A stretch of DNA of 64,000 nt, taken from the human T2T-CHM13v2.0 reference genome, Homo sapiens. A model generated the notes under the pieces. The model ran no database searches. It worked only from the letters and a program-made list of their open reading frames with translations, and was not told the DNA's origin. This document shows, in pieces, positions 42,008 to 57,308 of this stretch; within the stretch, counting starts at the first letter, position 1; the number at the start of each line of letters is the position of its first letter. The translations under genes and the position numbers were made by a program. The stretch lies in the NCBI RefSeq assembly GCF_009914755.1, contig NC_060933.1; one strand, given 5' to 3'.

Positions 42008-43354
42008 TCAGAATCAAACCAGACTAACAATCTGCTCTGGATGTCTTTGAACAAGCTAATCCTGCCTCCTGCCTAAGGGTACTCTGGGAGATGATTGAAA
42101 TTTTAAAGATATAAAAACACACTAAAATGGTAACAAACGACTCAGCAATGTGCCTTCTAAGGTGGACAGATTCTTGGTAGGCAGCCCTAATTGCTGCAAT
42201 CGTTTTTAGGTATTCTAATGCACTCAGCTGAATTATGCACCACACTGCTTCTGAATGACACAGCCATTTCTGACTCCATTAATATGGAAGATTTCAGCCA
42301 AATGCTCTTAAACGATAGCTTCTCTTTATTTGTAATTTCAGACTCTATTGATTTCCTTCTGTTCCCTTCATTATGATTTCAATTGATTACCTTGGCAACT
42401 GCAATAACAATGATTGCACTTGACACTGTCTGAGACTCTTGAGATGGTATTTGAATAGGAATGGTATAATTTGGGGGAAAGTGCCTGCAAGAACCTGTCA
42501 TTAGCAGTACACTTACACTTTACTTTTATTGACCTTCCTCTCTTTCGAGTGGGCCCTTGTCACAGAGTTGGCTGTTAACAGGGCTACAGTAGTAGTTCAG
42601 ATTTCTGTGCCTCTTCAAAGAGTAAAAGATTATTATTATTAAAGAGAATGGAGTGGGCTTGCATATATACACACACGTACACACATTATACAGTGTCTGT
42701 GTGTGTGTGTGCATGTACACGCGCATGTGTAGCTTTTGCCTTTTTGCCAATGTTGCCAGCTGTGATTACCATTCAGGTCAACTTACCAGCTGGGGTGGGC
42801 ATCTGATGATGGTTAAACTCAGGGCATTAGAGCTCTGATGAAAGACTCCAGCCAAGATTCGATAATGAATCCTGTACAATGTCTTTATTAGGCTTTTAAG
42901 AAAGAAGAAAACAAACAAACTTGCTTTATGTCATTGTCACAGCACAGAATTTAAAATTCACAGGCTCAACTGAGAATTGCTAGCTGTGAATAGTATGTAA
43001 GCTCTTGGGTCACCACGTAGCTCCACTGGCCCTTCCTGAAAGACTGTTTTCTCCATGAGATTCATGGAGGATATTGGCTGTGCAAAACAAGGGCATCTGT
43101 GGTCACACTTTCCTAAGTTTTTTCTTCTAGTGACGTTTTAATTAAATGGCCACCCATTTATCCTTTTGATAATAGCACATGTCTTCTGGAACAGAGTGAG
43201 GTGTTTGCCATGTTGGAGGGCTTCACAGGAATTTAGCAACCCTTAAGTTTCAGCCATTTTCTGCTGAGAGGCTCATGTTCTGTTCATTCTTTGGAAAATA
43301 TGTAACACTCTGTTTCCCACCAAAATGTTTGGCTTTTTTGTATAAGATTTACCT

Positions 43355-43545
43355 AGCAGCCTTAGTACAGTGAGAAGAAACACAAATTTGAGCTCTATAG
43401 ACATGCTCTCTAGGCTCATTTCTACCATGCGCTATGTGAGCTTCTGCAAGCCAGTTTTTGTCTCTAGACCTCAGTTTATTCATCTGTAAAACAAGGGGAT
43501 TAGATTCAATGATGTCTAAGGCCCTTTCTACTTCTATATTTTCAT
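43355..43545 (+). mobile_element. MIR3/MIRc
   Basis: cctcagtttattcatctgtaaaacaaggggattagattcaatgatgtctaaggccctttc. Confidence 0.8.
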
Positions 43546-44499
43546 AAAATATTTAGCAAAGAAACTTGATGAGCCAGCTTATTATATATAAATGTCAATG
43601 AATTTAAGTAGGAGAGAAAATTCCTCGCATAAAATGTGCTTAGTGTGTGTAAAATCTGCAAATTTGAAAACAAACAAACAAACAAACACCAAAGAGGTTT
43701 TCTGAATTCAAGCTATTTTCTTTTTCTCTTCAAAGTCATTCATCCTTGCCCTTGCTTGTGTAGCTCCATTGCTTTTGTTGAGCTGAAAGCTAATTAGATT
43801 TCATCATCTATTTCCTGTTTGTTTGGCAGACACAAGAGTCTAGTCACACCCTCAACATAATGAACTTTTAGTTTGATATTTCTTAATTGTGTCCCACTGT
43901 GGTGTGTGAATATGTGCATGATGATTGTGTGTTGCCCACTCCATATCAGAGAGTGGTAACTCTCATACCTGTGTGATGTCGTTTCAGGGTCATACAAACT
44001 ACATCGGTGACTTGCGTGACACAAGTCCTCAGGAGACACTTTATTTTGTTTTTATAATTTCAACTTTTTAGATTTAAGGGTACGTTTGCAGGTTTGTTAC
44101 CTGGGCATATTGCATGATGCTGAAGTTTTGGATGTGAATGATTCCATCACCCAAATAGTGAGCATAGTAGCCGAGAGTTTATTTTTCAGCACTTTCCCTA
44201 CTTTCTTCCTCCCCACATAGAAGTCACCAATGTCTATCATTGCCATTTTTATGTACCTGAGCAGCCAATGTTTAGCTCCCACTTATACATGAGAATATGT
44301 GGCATTTGGCGTTCTTTTTCTGTGTTAATGCACTTAAGATAATGGCCTTCGGCTGCATCCACGTGGCTGCAAATAACATGATTTCATTCTTTTCATGGCT
44401 GCATAGTATTCTATGGTATATACATACTACATTTTCTGTGTCCAATCCACCATTGATGGGCATCTTATTTGATTCTGTGTTTTCGCCATTGTGAATAGC

Positions 44500-44870
44500 A
44501 GTATTAGTGTGTTCTCATTCTGCTAGTAAAGACATGCTTGAGACTGGGTAATTTATATAGGAAAGAGGTTTAATTGACTCACAGTTCAGCATGGCTGGGG
44601 AGGCATCAGGAAACTTACAATCATGGCAGACGGGGAAGCAGGCACATCCTTCATCACATGGTGGCAGCAAGGAGAAGTACAGAGTGTAGAGGGGGAAAGC
44701 TTCTTATAAAACCATCAGATCTCATGAGAATTCACTATCATCAGAACAGCATAAAGGTAACCGCCCCATGATTCCATTACCTCCCACTGGGTCCCTCCCA
44801 CAACACTTGGGGATTATGAGAACTACAATTCAAGATGAGATTAGGGTGGGGACATAGCCAAACCATATCA
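44500..44870 (-). mobile_element. THE1C-like solo LTR
   Basis: gtattagt...gccaaaccatatca termini; TSD atagc/gtagc. Confidence 0.93.
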
Positions 44871-45266
44871 GTAGCACTGCAATGAACATACGCATGCATG
44901 TGTCTTTTTGGTAGAATGATTTATTTTCTTTTGGCAATATACGCAGTAATGAGATTGCTGGGTCAAATGGTAGTTTTGTTTTAAGATCTATGAGAAATCT
45001 CCAAACTGCTTTCTGCAGTGGCTGAACTAATTTACATTCCCACCAATAGTGTGTAAGCATTCCCTTTTCTCCACAGCCTTGCCAGCATCTGTTGTTTGTT
45101 GACTTTTTGATAATAACCATTCTGACTTGTATAAAAATGGTATCTCATTGTGGCTTTGATTTGCTTTTCTCTGATGACTAGTGATGTGAAGCATTTTTTC
45201 CTATGTTTGTTGACCACTTGTCTGTCATGTTTTGGGAAATGTCTGTTCATGTCCCTTGCCCACTTT

Positions 45267-45911
45267 CTTTTTCTTTTTTTTTTTTTTTTTTATTTTTGTG
45301 GGTACATAGTAGGTGTATATAATTACGGAATACATAACATGTTTTGATACAGGCCTTCAGTGCACAATAATCACATCATGGAAAATGGGGTATCCTTCCC
45401 CTCAAGCATTCATCCTTTGTGTTACAAATAATCCAATTATACTCTTTTAATTATTTTTAATGTACAGTTGAATTATTATCGACTATAGTCACCCTGTCGT
45501 GCTACCAAATACTAGGTCTTATTCATTCTTCCTATTTTTTTGTACTCATTAACCATCCCCACTGCCCTCTTCTTCCCCCCACCCCACTGCCACCATCCCC
45601 CTAATACCCTCCAAGTCTCTGGTAACCATCTTTCTACTCTCTATCTCTGTGAGTTCAATTGTTTTGATTTTAAGATCCCACAAATAAGTGAGAACATGTG
45701 ATATTTGTCTTTCTTGCCTGGCTTATTTCCTTAGCGTAATGACCTCCAGTTCCATCCATGTTGTTGCAAATGATAGGATCTCATTCATTTTATGGCTCAA
45801 TAGTTCTCCTTTATGTACAAGTACGACATTTTCTTTATTCATTCATCTGTTGCTGGACACCTAGCTTGCATCCAAAATTTTGGCTATTGTGAAAACATCT
45901 GCAACAAACAT
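45267..45911 (-). mobile_element. L1MA1/2-like 3' fragment inserted in the L1PA16-like element
   Basis: T tail then tttttgtgggtacatagtaggtgtatat...; degenerate TSD ccttgcccacttt/ctttgctcacatt at 45254-45266 and 45912-45924. Confidence 0.88.
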
Positions 45912-46739
45912 CTTTGCTCACATTTTAATGGAAGTATTTGGTTTTTGCTTGTTAAATTAAGTTCCTTATATATTCTGGATATTATATCTTTGTCAGATAA
46001 TGTAAACATTTTCTCGCATTCTGTAGGCTGTTGACTTTTTTGGAAGTTTCTTTTGCTTTGCAGAAGCTCTTTAGCTTAATTATGTCCCACTAGTCAATTT
46101 TTGGTTTTGTTGCAATTGCTTTTGAGGACTTAGTCAAAAATTCTTTCTCAAGGCTGATGTCTAGGGTGGTATTTCCTATATTTTCTTTCGGGATTCATAT
46201 AGTTTGAGGTCTTACATTTACATCTTTAATCCATCTTGAGTTAATTTTTTGGAAGTTGGGGTTCAGTTTCAGTTTCATTCTTCTTCATGTAGCTAGCCAG
46301 CTATCTCAATACCATTTATTAAATAGGAAGTCCTTTTCCCATTGTTTGTTACTGCCAACTTTGTAAAAGATCAGATGGCTGTAGGTGTGCAGCTTTATTT
46401 CTGAATTCTCTAATTTGTTCCGTTGGCCTATGTCTGGTTTTGTACCAGTACCATGCTGTTTGGGTTACTGTAGCATTATAGCATAGTTTCAAGCACGGTA
46501 ATGTGATGCCTCTGACTTTCTTTTTGTTTAGAATTGCTTTGGCTATTTGAGCTAATTTTTGTTGTTGTTTCATATGAATTTTTGAACAGTTTTTTTTTAA
46601 TTATATGAAAAGTAACACTGGTAGTTTGATAGGAATAGCATTGAATCTGTAGATTGCTTTAGGCAATATGGCCATTTTAACAATATTGATTCTTCTACCC
46701 CATGAGCATAGAATGACTTTCCATTTGTGTCATCTATGA

Positions 46740-47075
<336 letters not shown>

Positions 47076-48645
47076 ATTTTTCAGCAGTGTTTATACTTTT
47101 CCTTCTACAAATCCTTTATCTCCTTGGTTAGATTAGATTTATTCCTACTATTTTTTTGTGTGTGAATACAGTAAATGGGATTGTTTTCTTGATTTGGCTA
47201 CCAGCTTGAACATTATTGGTGTATAGAAATGCTATTGATTTTTGCACACCGATCTTGTATCCTGAAACTTTACTGAAGTAGTGTATCAGTTCCAGGAGCC
47301 TTTTGATGGAGCTTTTAGGGTTTTCTAGGTATAGGATCACATCATCATCCCTGAATACAGATAGTATGACTTCTTTTCTATTATGGATGCCGTTTATTTG
47401 AGAGATAGTTTGGCTCCTTTTCTTGTATAGATGCCTTTTATTTATTTCTCTTGACTTATTGCTCTGGTTAAGACTTCCAATACTATGCTAAATAGGAGTG
47501 GTGAGCAGGCATCCTTATCTTTTTCCAGTTCTCAAGGGGAATTCTTCTGGCTTTTACCCATTTTGTATGATATTGGCTGTGGGTTTGTCATAGACGGTTT
47601 TTATTATTTTGAGATATAGTCCTTTGACACCTAGTTTTTTGGGGGTTTTAATTGTGAAGGGATGTTGGATTTTATGGAAGGCTTTTTCTGCAACTACTGA
47701 GATGATCATATGGTTTTTGTTTTTAGTTATGTTTATGTGGTAAATCATATTTATTGATTTACATATGTTGAGCTGACTATGCATCCCATGGATTAAGCCT
47801 ACTTGATTACAGTGAATTAACTTTTTGATTTGCTACTGGATTTAGTTTGCTAGGATTTTGTTGAGGATTTGGGGGTTTATGTTCATAAGAGATATTGGCC
47901 TATAGTTTTCTTTTTTGTTGTTGTGTCATTGTCAGGATTTGTTATCAAGGTGATGCTCGCTTTATAGAATGAGTTGGGGAGGAGTCTCTCCTCCTTTCTT
48001 TTTTGGAATAATTTCAGTAAATTGGTACCAGCTGTTCTTTGTATGTCTGGTGGAATTTATGAATCCATCTGGTCTGGGGCTGTTTTTGGTTGGTAGGTTT
48101 TTTATTACTGATTCAATTCTGGAACTTGATATCAGTTTGTTGAAGATTTCAATTTCTTCCTGATTCGATGTTGGGAGGTTGTGTATTTCCAGGAATTCAT
48201 CCATTTCCTCTAGATTTACTAGTTTTTTTGCATAAAGTTGTTAATAATTGTCTCTAAAGAGCTTTTATTTTTCTGTGGGATGGATTGTAATGTCATCTTT
48301 ATAGTTGCTGACTGTGCTTGTTTAGATCTTCTTTTTTTTCTTTGTTAATCCAGCTAGTCTAGTGCTTTCATTTATCCTTTCAAAGAAACAGCTGTTGGTT
48401 TCGTTGATTCTTTGTATGGACTTTGGGGTCTCACTTCCATTCAGTTCTGCTCTGATTTTGTTTATTTCTTTTCTTCTGCTAGCTTGTAGTTAGTTTTTCT
48501 TGTTTTTCTAACTCCTTTAGTTGTAATATTAGATCATTCATTTGAGATCTTTCTAACTTTTTGAGTTAGTTGTTTAGCACTACAAACTTTCCTCTTAACA
48601 CTGTTTTTGCTGCATCCCACAGATTTTGGTATGTTGTGTCTCTGT

Positions 48646-48812
48646 TTTTATTTCTTTCAAAGAATTTTTTTAATTTCTGCCTTATTTACTCAAAAGTCAT
48701 TCAAGAGAAAGTTGTTTAATATACCAATTTTATTTCTTTCAAAGAATTTTTTTAATTTCTGCCTTATTTACTCAAAAGTCATTCAAGAGAAAGTTGTTTA
48801 ATAAAACCAATT
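48646..48812. repeat. Tandem duplication, period 82 bp
   Basis: 48646-48721 is identical to 48728-48803 (76 bp). Confidence 0.95.
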
Positions 48813-49309
48813 GTGTGGTTTTGGGGAAACTTGTTGGTATTGACTTCCATTTTTATTCTATTGTGGTCTGAGAGTATAGTTGGTATGATTTCAATTGTTT
48901 TTGAATTCACTGGGACTTGCTTTATGGCTAAGCATGTGGTTGATCTTGGATTATGTTCCATGTGCAGAGAGGAAGAATGTATATATTCTGTGGTTGATGG
49001 CTGGAGTGTTCGGTAGATGTCTTTTAGGTCCAATTAGTCAAGTGTCAAGTTTAAGTCTAGGATTTGTTAGTTTTCTGCCTCAATCATCTATCACTGTCAG
49101 TGGGGTGGTGAAATCCCCCCATATAATTGTGTGACTGTCTAAGTCTTTTCATAGGCCTAGAATTCATTGTTATATGGTGTTGGGTGTGATAGTTAAGGCT
49201 TCTCATTGAATTGAACCCTTTATCATTATGTAATACCCCTCTTTGTCCATTTTTACCATTGTTGGCTTAAAGTCTGTTTTATCTAATATAAGAATAGCAA
49301 ACCCTACTT

Positions 49310-52743
<3,434 letters not shown>

Positions 52744-54799
52744 CTACTTTTTGCTTTACATTTGCATGATATATCTTTCTCAGGAGACACTTTATAAGAC
52801 AGTTAGGACATTATGTGTTGATTATATGTTGTATCTTCTACTGCAGAATGTGAGACAAGAAAGGAGAGGAACAGAAAAAAGGGCAAGCTCTAGAGGAAAA
52901 GCCAAAGGAAGAGAAAAAAAAAAAGAGAAAGCAGACTTGGGGAGAAGACTGATTAAGTAAGGGTCAGTATCATTTTCCTTTCTGAAGAATCTGTCTTTTC
53001 ACAGAACTGTAGATTCTTTCTCGGTTTTGACATGGCCCATCCCTCAGCACTGCCAGAAGTGAAATCAGTATCTTCTAGATGAAAAATCTTCATGTTTACC
53101 ATGTTTAAGAATGCCAGTCATTCACCAGCCTCAATATTCAGACTTGCTTGTCAGTTGGTAATCATGCTGCCAGCAGTACTAAAAAAATGTCTGGAGTAAA
53201 CAATGGATGGATAACAGCTAAACTACTTGATAATACTGAAGAGTCAAGGCAAGGTATAATTTTAATCACAGAAGGCAGGTGTGGAAGGAGCTTCCCCTTT
53301 TTCTTTAACAAGCCCCAGCAATATCTGATTGTCACCTAACACAGAACATACATGGGAATCTCTGTCATTTAAGAGAGGATTAGGGACAACCATTTTCTGA
53401 TGAAACACTGCTAAAGAATGGGAGAAAAGAAAGACATCTGGGGCCCAAACTTCTTGACTCTCCAAAGCTCTTGGTAATTACTTGCTTTATAAACTGAAAG
53501 GCCAATTTAAAATGGAGAAAACTTATAAAACAGAAGTAACTAGACTATGTCAGCAGAGACTTGGATAGGGTTATAAGTTGTTTTACAAAGAGGCTTCCTA
53601 TTTGATTTTCACAAGAACGCTGAAAAGAATACATTTTTATTGCCTTATGTTAGTGGGGGACCAGAATCACAAAATTTGGTTGGGTTTATGAAAATAGTAA
53701 GAGGGAAAAGTTAGAAATTAATAGCAAATATTAAATCAAGTTAGAATAAGCTTTCCATTATAACATAGCTTCCTCCTGGAAAACAGAGCTCTGTATTTTT
53801 TTTAAATCATATCTGCAACATCATGCCAGTGTAGACTGGGATGTGCTTGTCAAGGAGTTGAGGTGACTTTGGCCTTGGTTATGCATTCATTTTTGAACCT
53901 CAGAAGTTATGGTTGCTAACAGCAAGGATTTTCTTGGTATGACCTCAGAGACAATGATATAAATTCTGCAATCTTTTTCCTGCTTCCAGTGACTCCTTGC
54001 TGGCATAGCATACCACTCAATGGCTAACAGATCTGGGAGATTGGCACAGAAATTTGCCATGAGCAGATTTTCCTTGTGTTGGGCCCTGTGTAATGGTTGC
54101 TTGCTTCCTCTTTCCACTGCCAGGAAATGAGTCCTTTCATGAGGGCATTTGAAGGAGATGCTTTTTGTTTAGTGATTTTCTGCACCAGCAGTTTCCTCAT
54201 TTAGAGATTGAAATGGATATACTTCACCTTGGGAAGTGATGTTCTAGAATCTGTTCCTTTTCTGTGAGCAGCCAGGTGGCAGGGACATTTGCAAATATGG
54301 AATGAGAGAGGACACAGCTTTGCAGAGGAGAAAGGGTCTGTGTGTGAAGAGTGTCAAGTCCAGGGAATGAATCTGGCTGTTCCTTCCGGAACTTCAATAA
54401 CATAACCAAATTTGCCTGCCAGGACAATGGCAAAGAAACCCTATAGAATGTATAGAATCAAAAATGTGATTTCTACTGGGGCTTTTTAAAAATGTTTGTT
54501 AATGGGCATCTTCGATATTTGTGAAAGTAAAACTTGTATGAAAATTTAGTAGAACAACTTAACCAAGGGACCACGATGGATACATTAGTGAAGATTTTGA
54601 CAATCTGGGGATTTAACCAAAGGGAAACAACCACACGTGGAGAAGCACATAAAACTGAATTGAAGTTCACTGCAACACAAAGATCATTGCATTGGATGAC
54701 AGTCATTTGGCAGCACGGTGTTCATACAACAATATGCTCTCTTGAAGTACATTGTGCATTAAGAGACTGTTTTGGGGTCAAAAACAGAACTATCTCAGC

Positions 54800-54925
54800 T
54801 TAAGCACAAGATAGCTCTGGATTCAAATCCCAACCCTGCTACTCATAAACTACATGGCCTTGGAAGAGTCATTTAACCTTTATGAGCCACAGTTTCCTCA
54901 CCTATGAAATGGAAATAATACCAAT
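54800..54925 (+). mobile_element. MIR
   Basis: tggattcaaatccca...gtcatttaacctttatgagccacagtttcctcacctatgaaatgg. Confidence 0.8.
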
Positions 54926-55239
54926 TTGTAAGTATATAAAGCACTTGATAAGGGGCAGTTAACACTGCCACTATTACTTAACTCAATAAAGACTTTATAT
55001 TGGTTATCAGCATCACTTTTTGTTATTCACAGTGCATATCTTTCAGGTCACTTGTTCTGCATACAATTTTAAAAGGTTAGCACTTTGCGTTTAGATATGC
55101 TCTAAGAGGACTGGTAATACAGAAAATGATCAAGAGGTGGCCTCTCTTTATTAGGAATAGCAGTAGAGAATCTCAAAGTTATGCCAGATTTTGTAATTAC
55201 TTCATTGGTGAGGTACGATTTGCACCTAAATTGATAATC

Positions 55240-55470
55240 CATCATTCACCAACACTGAGTTTAAGCTCCGGACTGCCATGGCACATATGACCTGGTTTAT
55301 AGTACTGGGTACTTGTTCATATAGAATCTCCCATTTTTTTAGTTGTTCTGAAGAAGAAGACTTGGCCAAACATCTGCACTGACTATATAACTCATTCCAT
55401 TTTATGTAATTTCTTTTCAAATTGATGTTTTCTCCTAGTTCTATCTCAGACCAGTCACAGCCTTCATGAG
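55240..55470 (-). mobile_element. L3/CR1 ORF2 relic
   Basis: ORF 55226..55480 (LAKSSSSEQLKKWEIL...CAMAVRSLNSVL) resembles the CR1 motif L-SSS-EKDLGVLVD...CA-A-KKAN-IL. Confidence 0.5.
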
Positions 55471-55517
55471 TTATTTGCAAAAGTATAGATTATATATATA
55501 TACATATATATATATGT

Positions 55518-56190
55518 AGTTCTTGGCATTTACTAGGCATTGTTCTAAGCACTTTAAACATATTAACTTATTCTCATTGCAGCGGCTATTCCATTATTAT
55601 CTTCAATATACTGATGAAGAGTACCACTGTTAGATGAGGGCAAGAAAGGCTCCTGGTCTGAGCCTTTTCCATTTATGCCCTTTATCATGGGCAAAGAATC
55701 AATGGGGTTAGGAAGACATCCTTAGCTGAAGTCAGAGGCATGGCCAAGGGGTGGCCTCAGGTTGACTGTTTGTGGGAATTACAGACTCCCAGGTACTCAT
55801 GGGTCAGGATGGTATAATCAAGTGCATTTGAAGCCCTTTGTTGGAAAGAGAGAGTGTAGGGGAGGAGAGGAATGTGTGCCACTCTCCAACTGTCCTGGTA
55901 CCACCATGTTCCTGCCTGGTAGTCTGAGAATGCTAGATAAGTACTTTTTGTTTTTCTAGGATGATAGACGATATAACAGGTGCTAGCTAGATTTACGACC
56001 TTTAAATGGACATAGAGTATGTGAGCCTTCGTTTATATTCTTTCCTCAGGATGTGCCAGTGTAAGAGGTAGACTAATCAAGGCACATAGAAGTTAAATGA
56101 TTTGTCCAACATCACAAAGTAAGAAAGCGGTAGAGCTGTGATTTAAAAACAGGCACTCTGGCTGCAGAGTCTGCGCCTTCACATTATGAT
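55518..56190 (-). mobile_element. MIR split by a DNA transposon
   Basis: Left half ends ...tactgatgaa, right half starts tcaaggcacatagaagttaaatgatttgtcca; contiguous in the MIR consensus. Confidence 0.75.
55619..56075 (-). mobile_element. MER115-like hAT-Tip100 element
   Basis: Ends agtaccactgttagatgaggggcaaga and atgtgagccttcgtttatattctttcctcagg...gtgtaagaggtagac, plus internal ggccaaggggtggcc...ctgtttgtggg, match recalled MER115 antisense. Confidence 0.65.
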
Positions 56191-56552
56191 ATCTTCATAG
56201 CTGCTGAGTTTAAGCAATCTGCAGATAGGATATTGACATGACCTCTCACCCTCATTCCTCATTACCCTCAAATAATAATCTTGCAAGAAGATCTAAAATT
56301 TCTGTGCCACTGAAGGGGGCACAGCATGGGAGCCTGAGCAGCCATTGCCACACTGTGTTCAAGGAGATTCACAATTCCCTGGAGCTGACTCAGGCCAGTG
56401 AAGGAGCAAGATGGACTCAGAGTGGCAGACTCTGAATCATCCGGAGGAAAAATATTTTCAACCATCAGAGAAATCAGCATCCTGGGCAAAATTTAATAGG
56501 AGAGAAATAAGGATTCTATTACAAAAAAAGAAAATTTGGTTAAAAGGCACTC

Positions 56553-56735
56553 ATATGGTAAAATGAACTTGGGGTTGGAGTCAGGACTGGGTTGAATCTA
56601 TTGACTTGCTAAGTGACTTTGACAAGTTACTTAATCTCTGCAGGCCTTTGCTTCCTCATTTTTAAAAATGGACAGGACAAAAATCCCATGTAAAACTGTT
56701 AGCACAGTACCTGACACAGTGAAGGCACTCCATAA
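56553..56735 (+). mobile_element. MIR
   Basis: ttggagtcaggactgggttgaatc...gtgactttgacaagttacttaatctctg...agcacagtacctgacacagt. Confidence 0.8.
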
Positions 56736-56777
56736 AGGGAGATCAGAACAATTACAGGAGCAGCAGCAATTATAGAA

Positions 56778-56990
56778 ATAATAATAATGATAATAGTTAA
56801 TGTTCATATAGTGTTTACTACATGTCAGACACTCTACATTTTCACTCTTTCATCCTGAGAAGAAAATAATGAGGGAGTTCTATTATTATTACTTCCCTTT
56901 TACAAATGAGGAAACTGAGGCAGTGGGCAGTAAGTAACTTGCCTAAAGTCACTGGAATGACAAAGTGGCAGAGGCAAGTTTGTAATCCAG
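56778..56990 (-). mobile_element. MIR
   Basis: ttttacaaatgaggaaactgaggcag...aagtaacttgcctaaagtcac. Confidence 0.85.
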
Positions 56991-57308
56991 GGATCAGCAA
57001 ACCTTCCCTATAAAAGACAAGATAAGTGTTTTAGGCTTTGCAGGCTTTTAGGATGGTTTCTGTCACAGCTACTTCACCCAGTTCTTGTCGTGTGAAAGTA
57101 TCTGTCAACAATACATAAACAAATGAACATAGCTGTATTCTAATAAAACTTTGTTTATGAACACAGGAGTTGGCATTTCATATATTTTTATGTGTCATAA
57201 AATATTTCCTCTTCTTTCAATTTTTTTTACCAATCATTAGCTTGTAGGTCATACAAAAATGGGCAATGGGCTACATTTGATCTACAGATCATAGTTTACT
57301 GTTTCTTG
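56988..57308 (+). mobile_element. MER58B-like hAT-Charlie element
   Basis: cagggatcagcaaac start; tattctaataaaactttgtttatgaacac; catagtttactgtttcttg end. Confidence 0.8.

Noticed and set aside
48646-48812. Repeat-spacer-repeat pattern as a CRISPR-like array
   Set aside because: Only two copies of L1-derived sequence in a primate genome; a simple tandem duplication
54534-54803. ORF MYENLVEQLNQGTTMD resembling a CR1 RT motif
   Set aside because: Similarity is too short and the expected YLDFSKAFD continuation is absent
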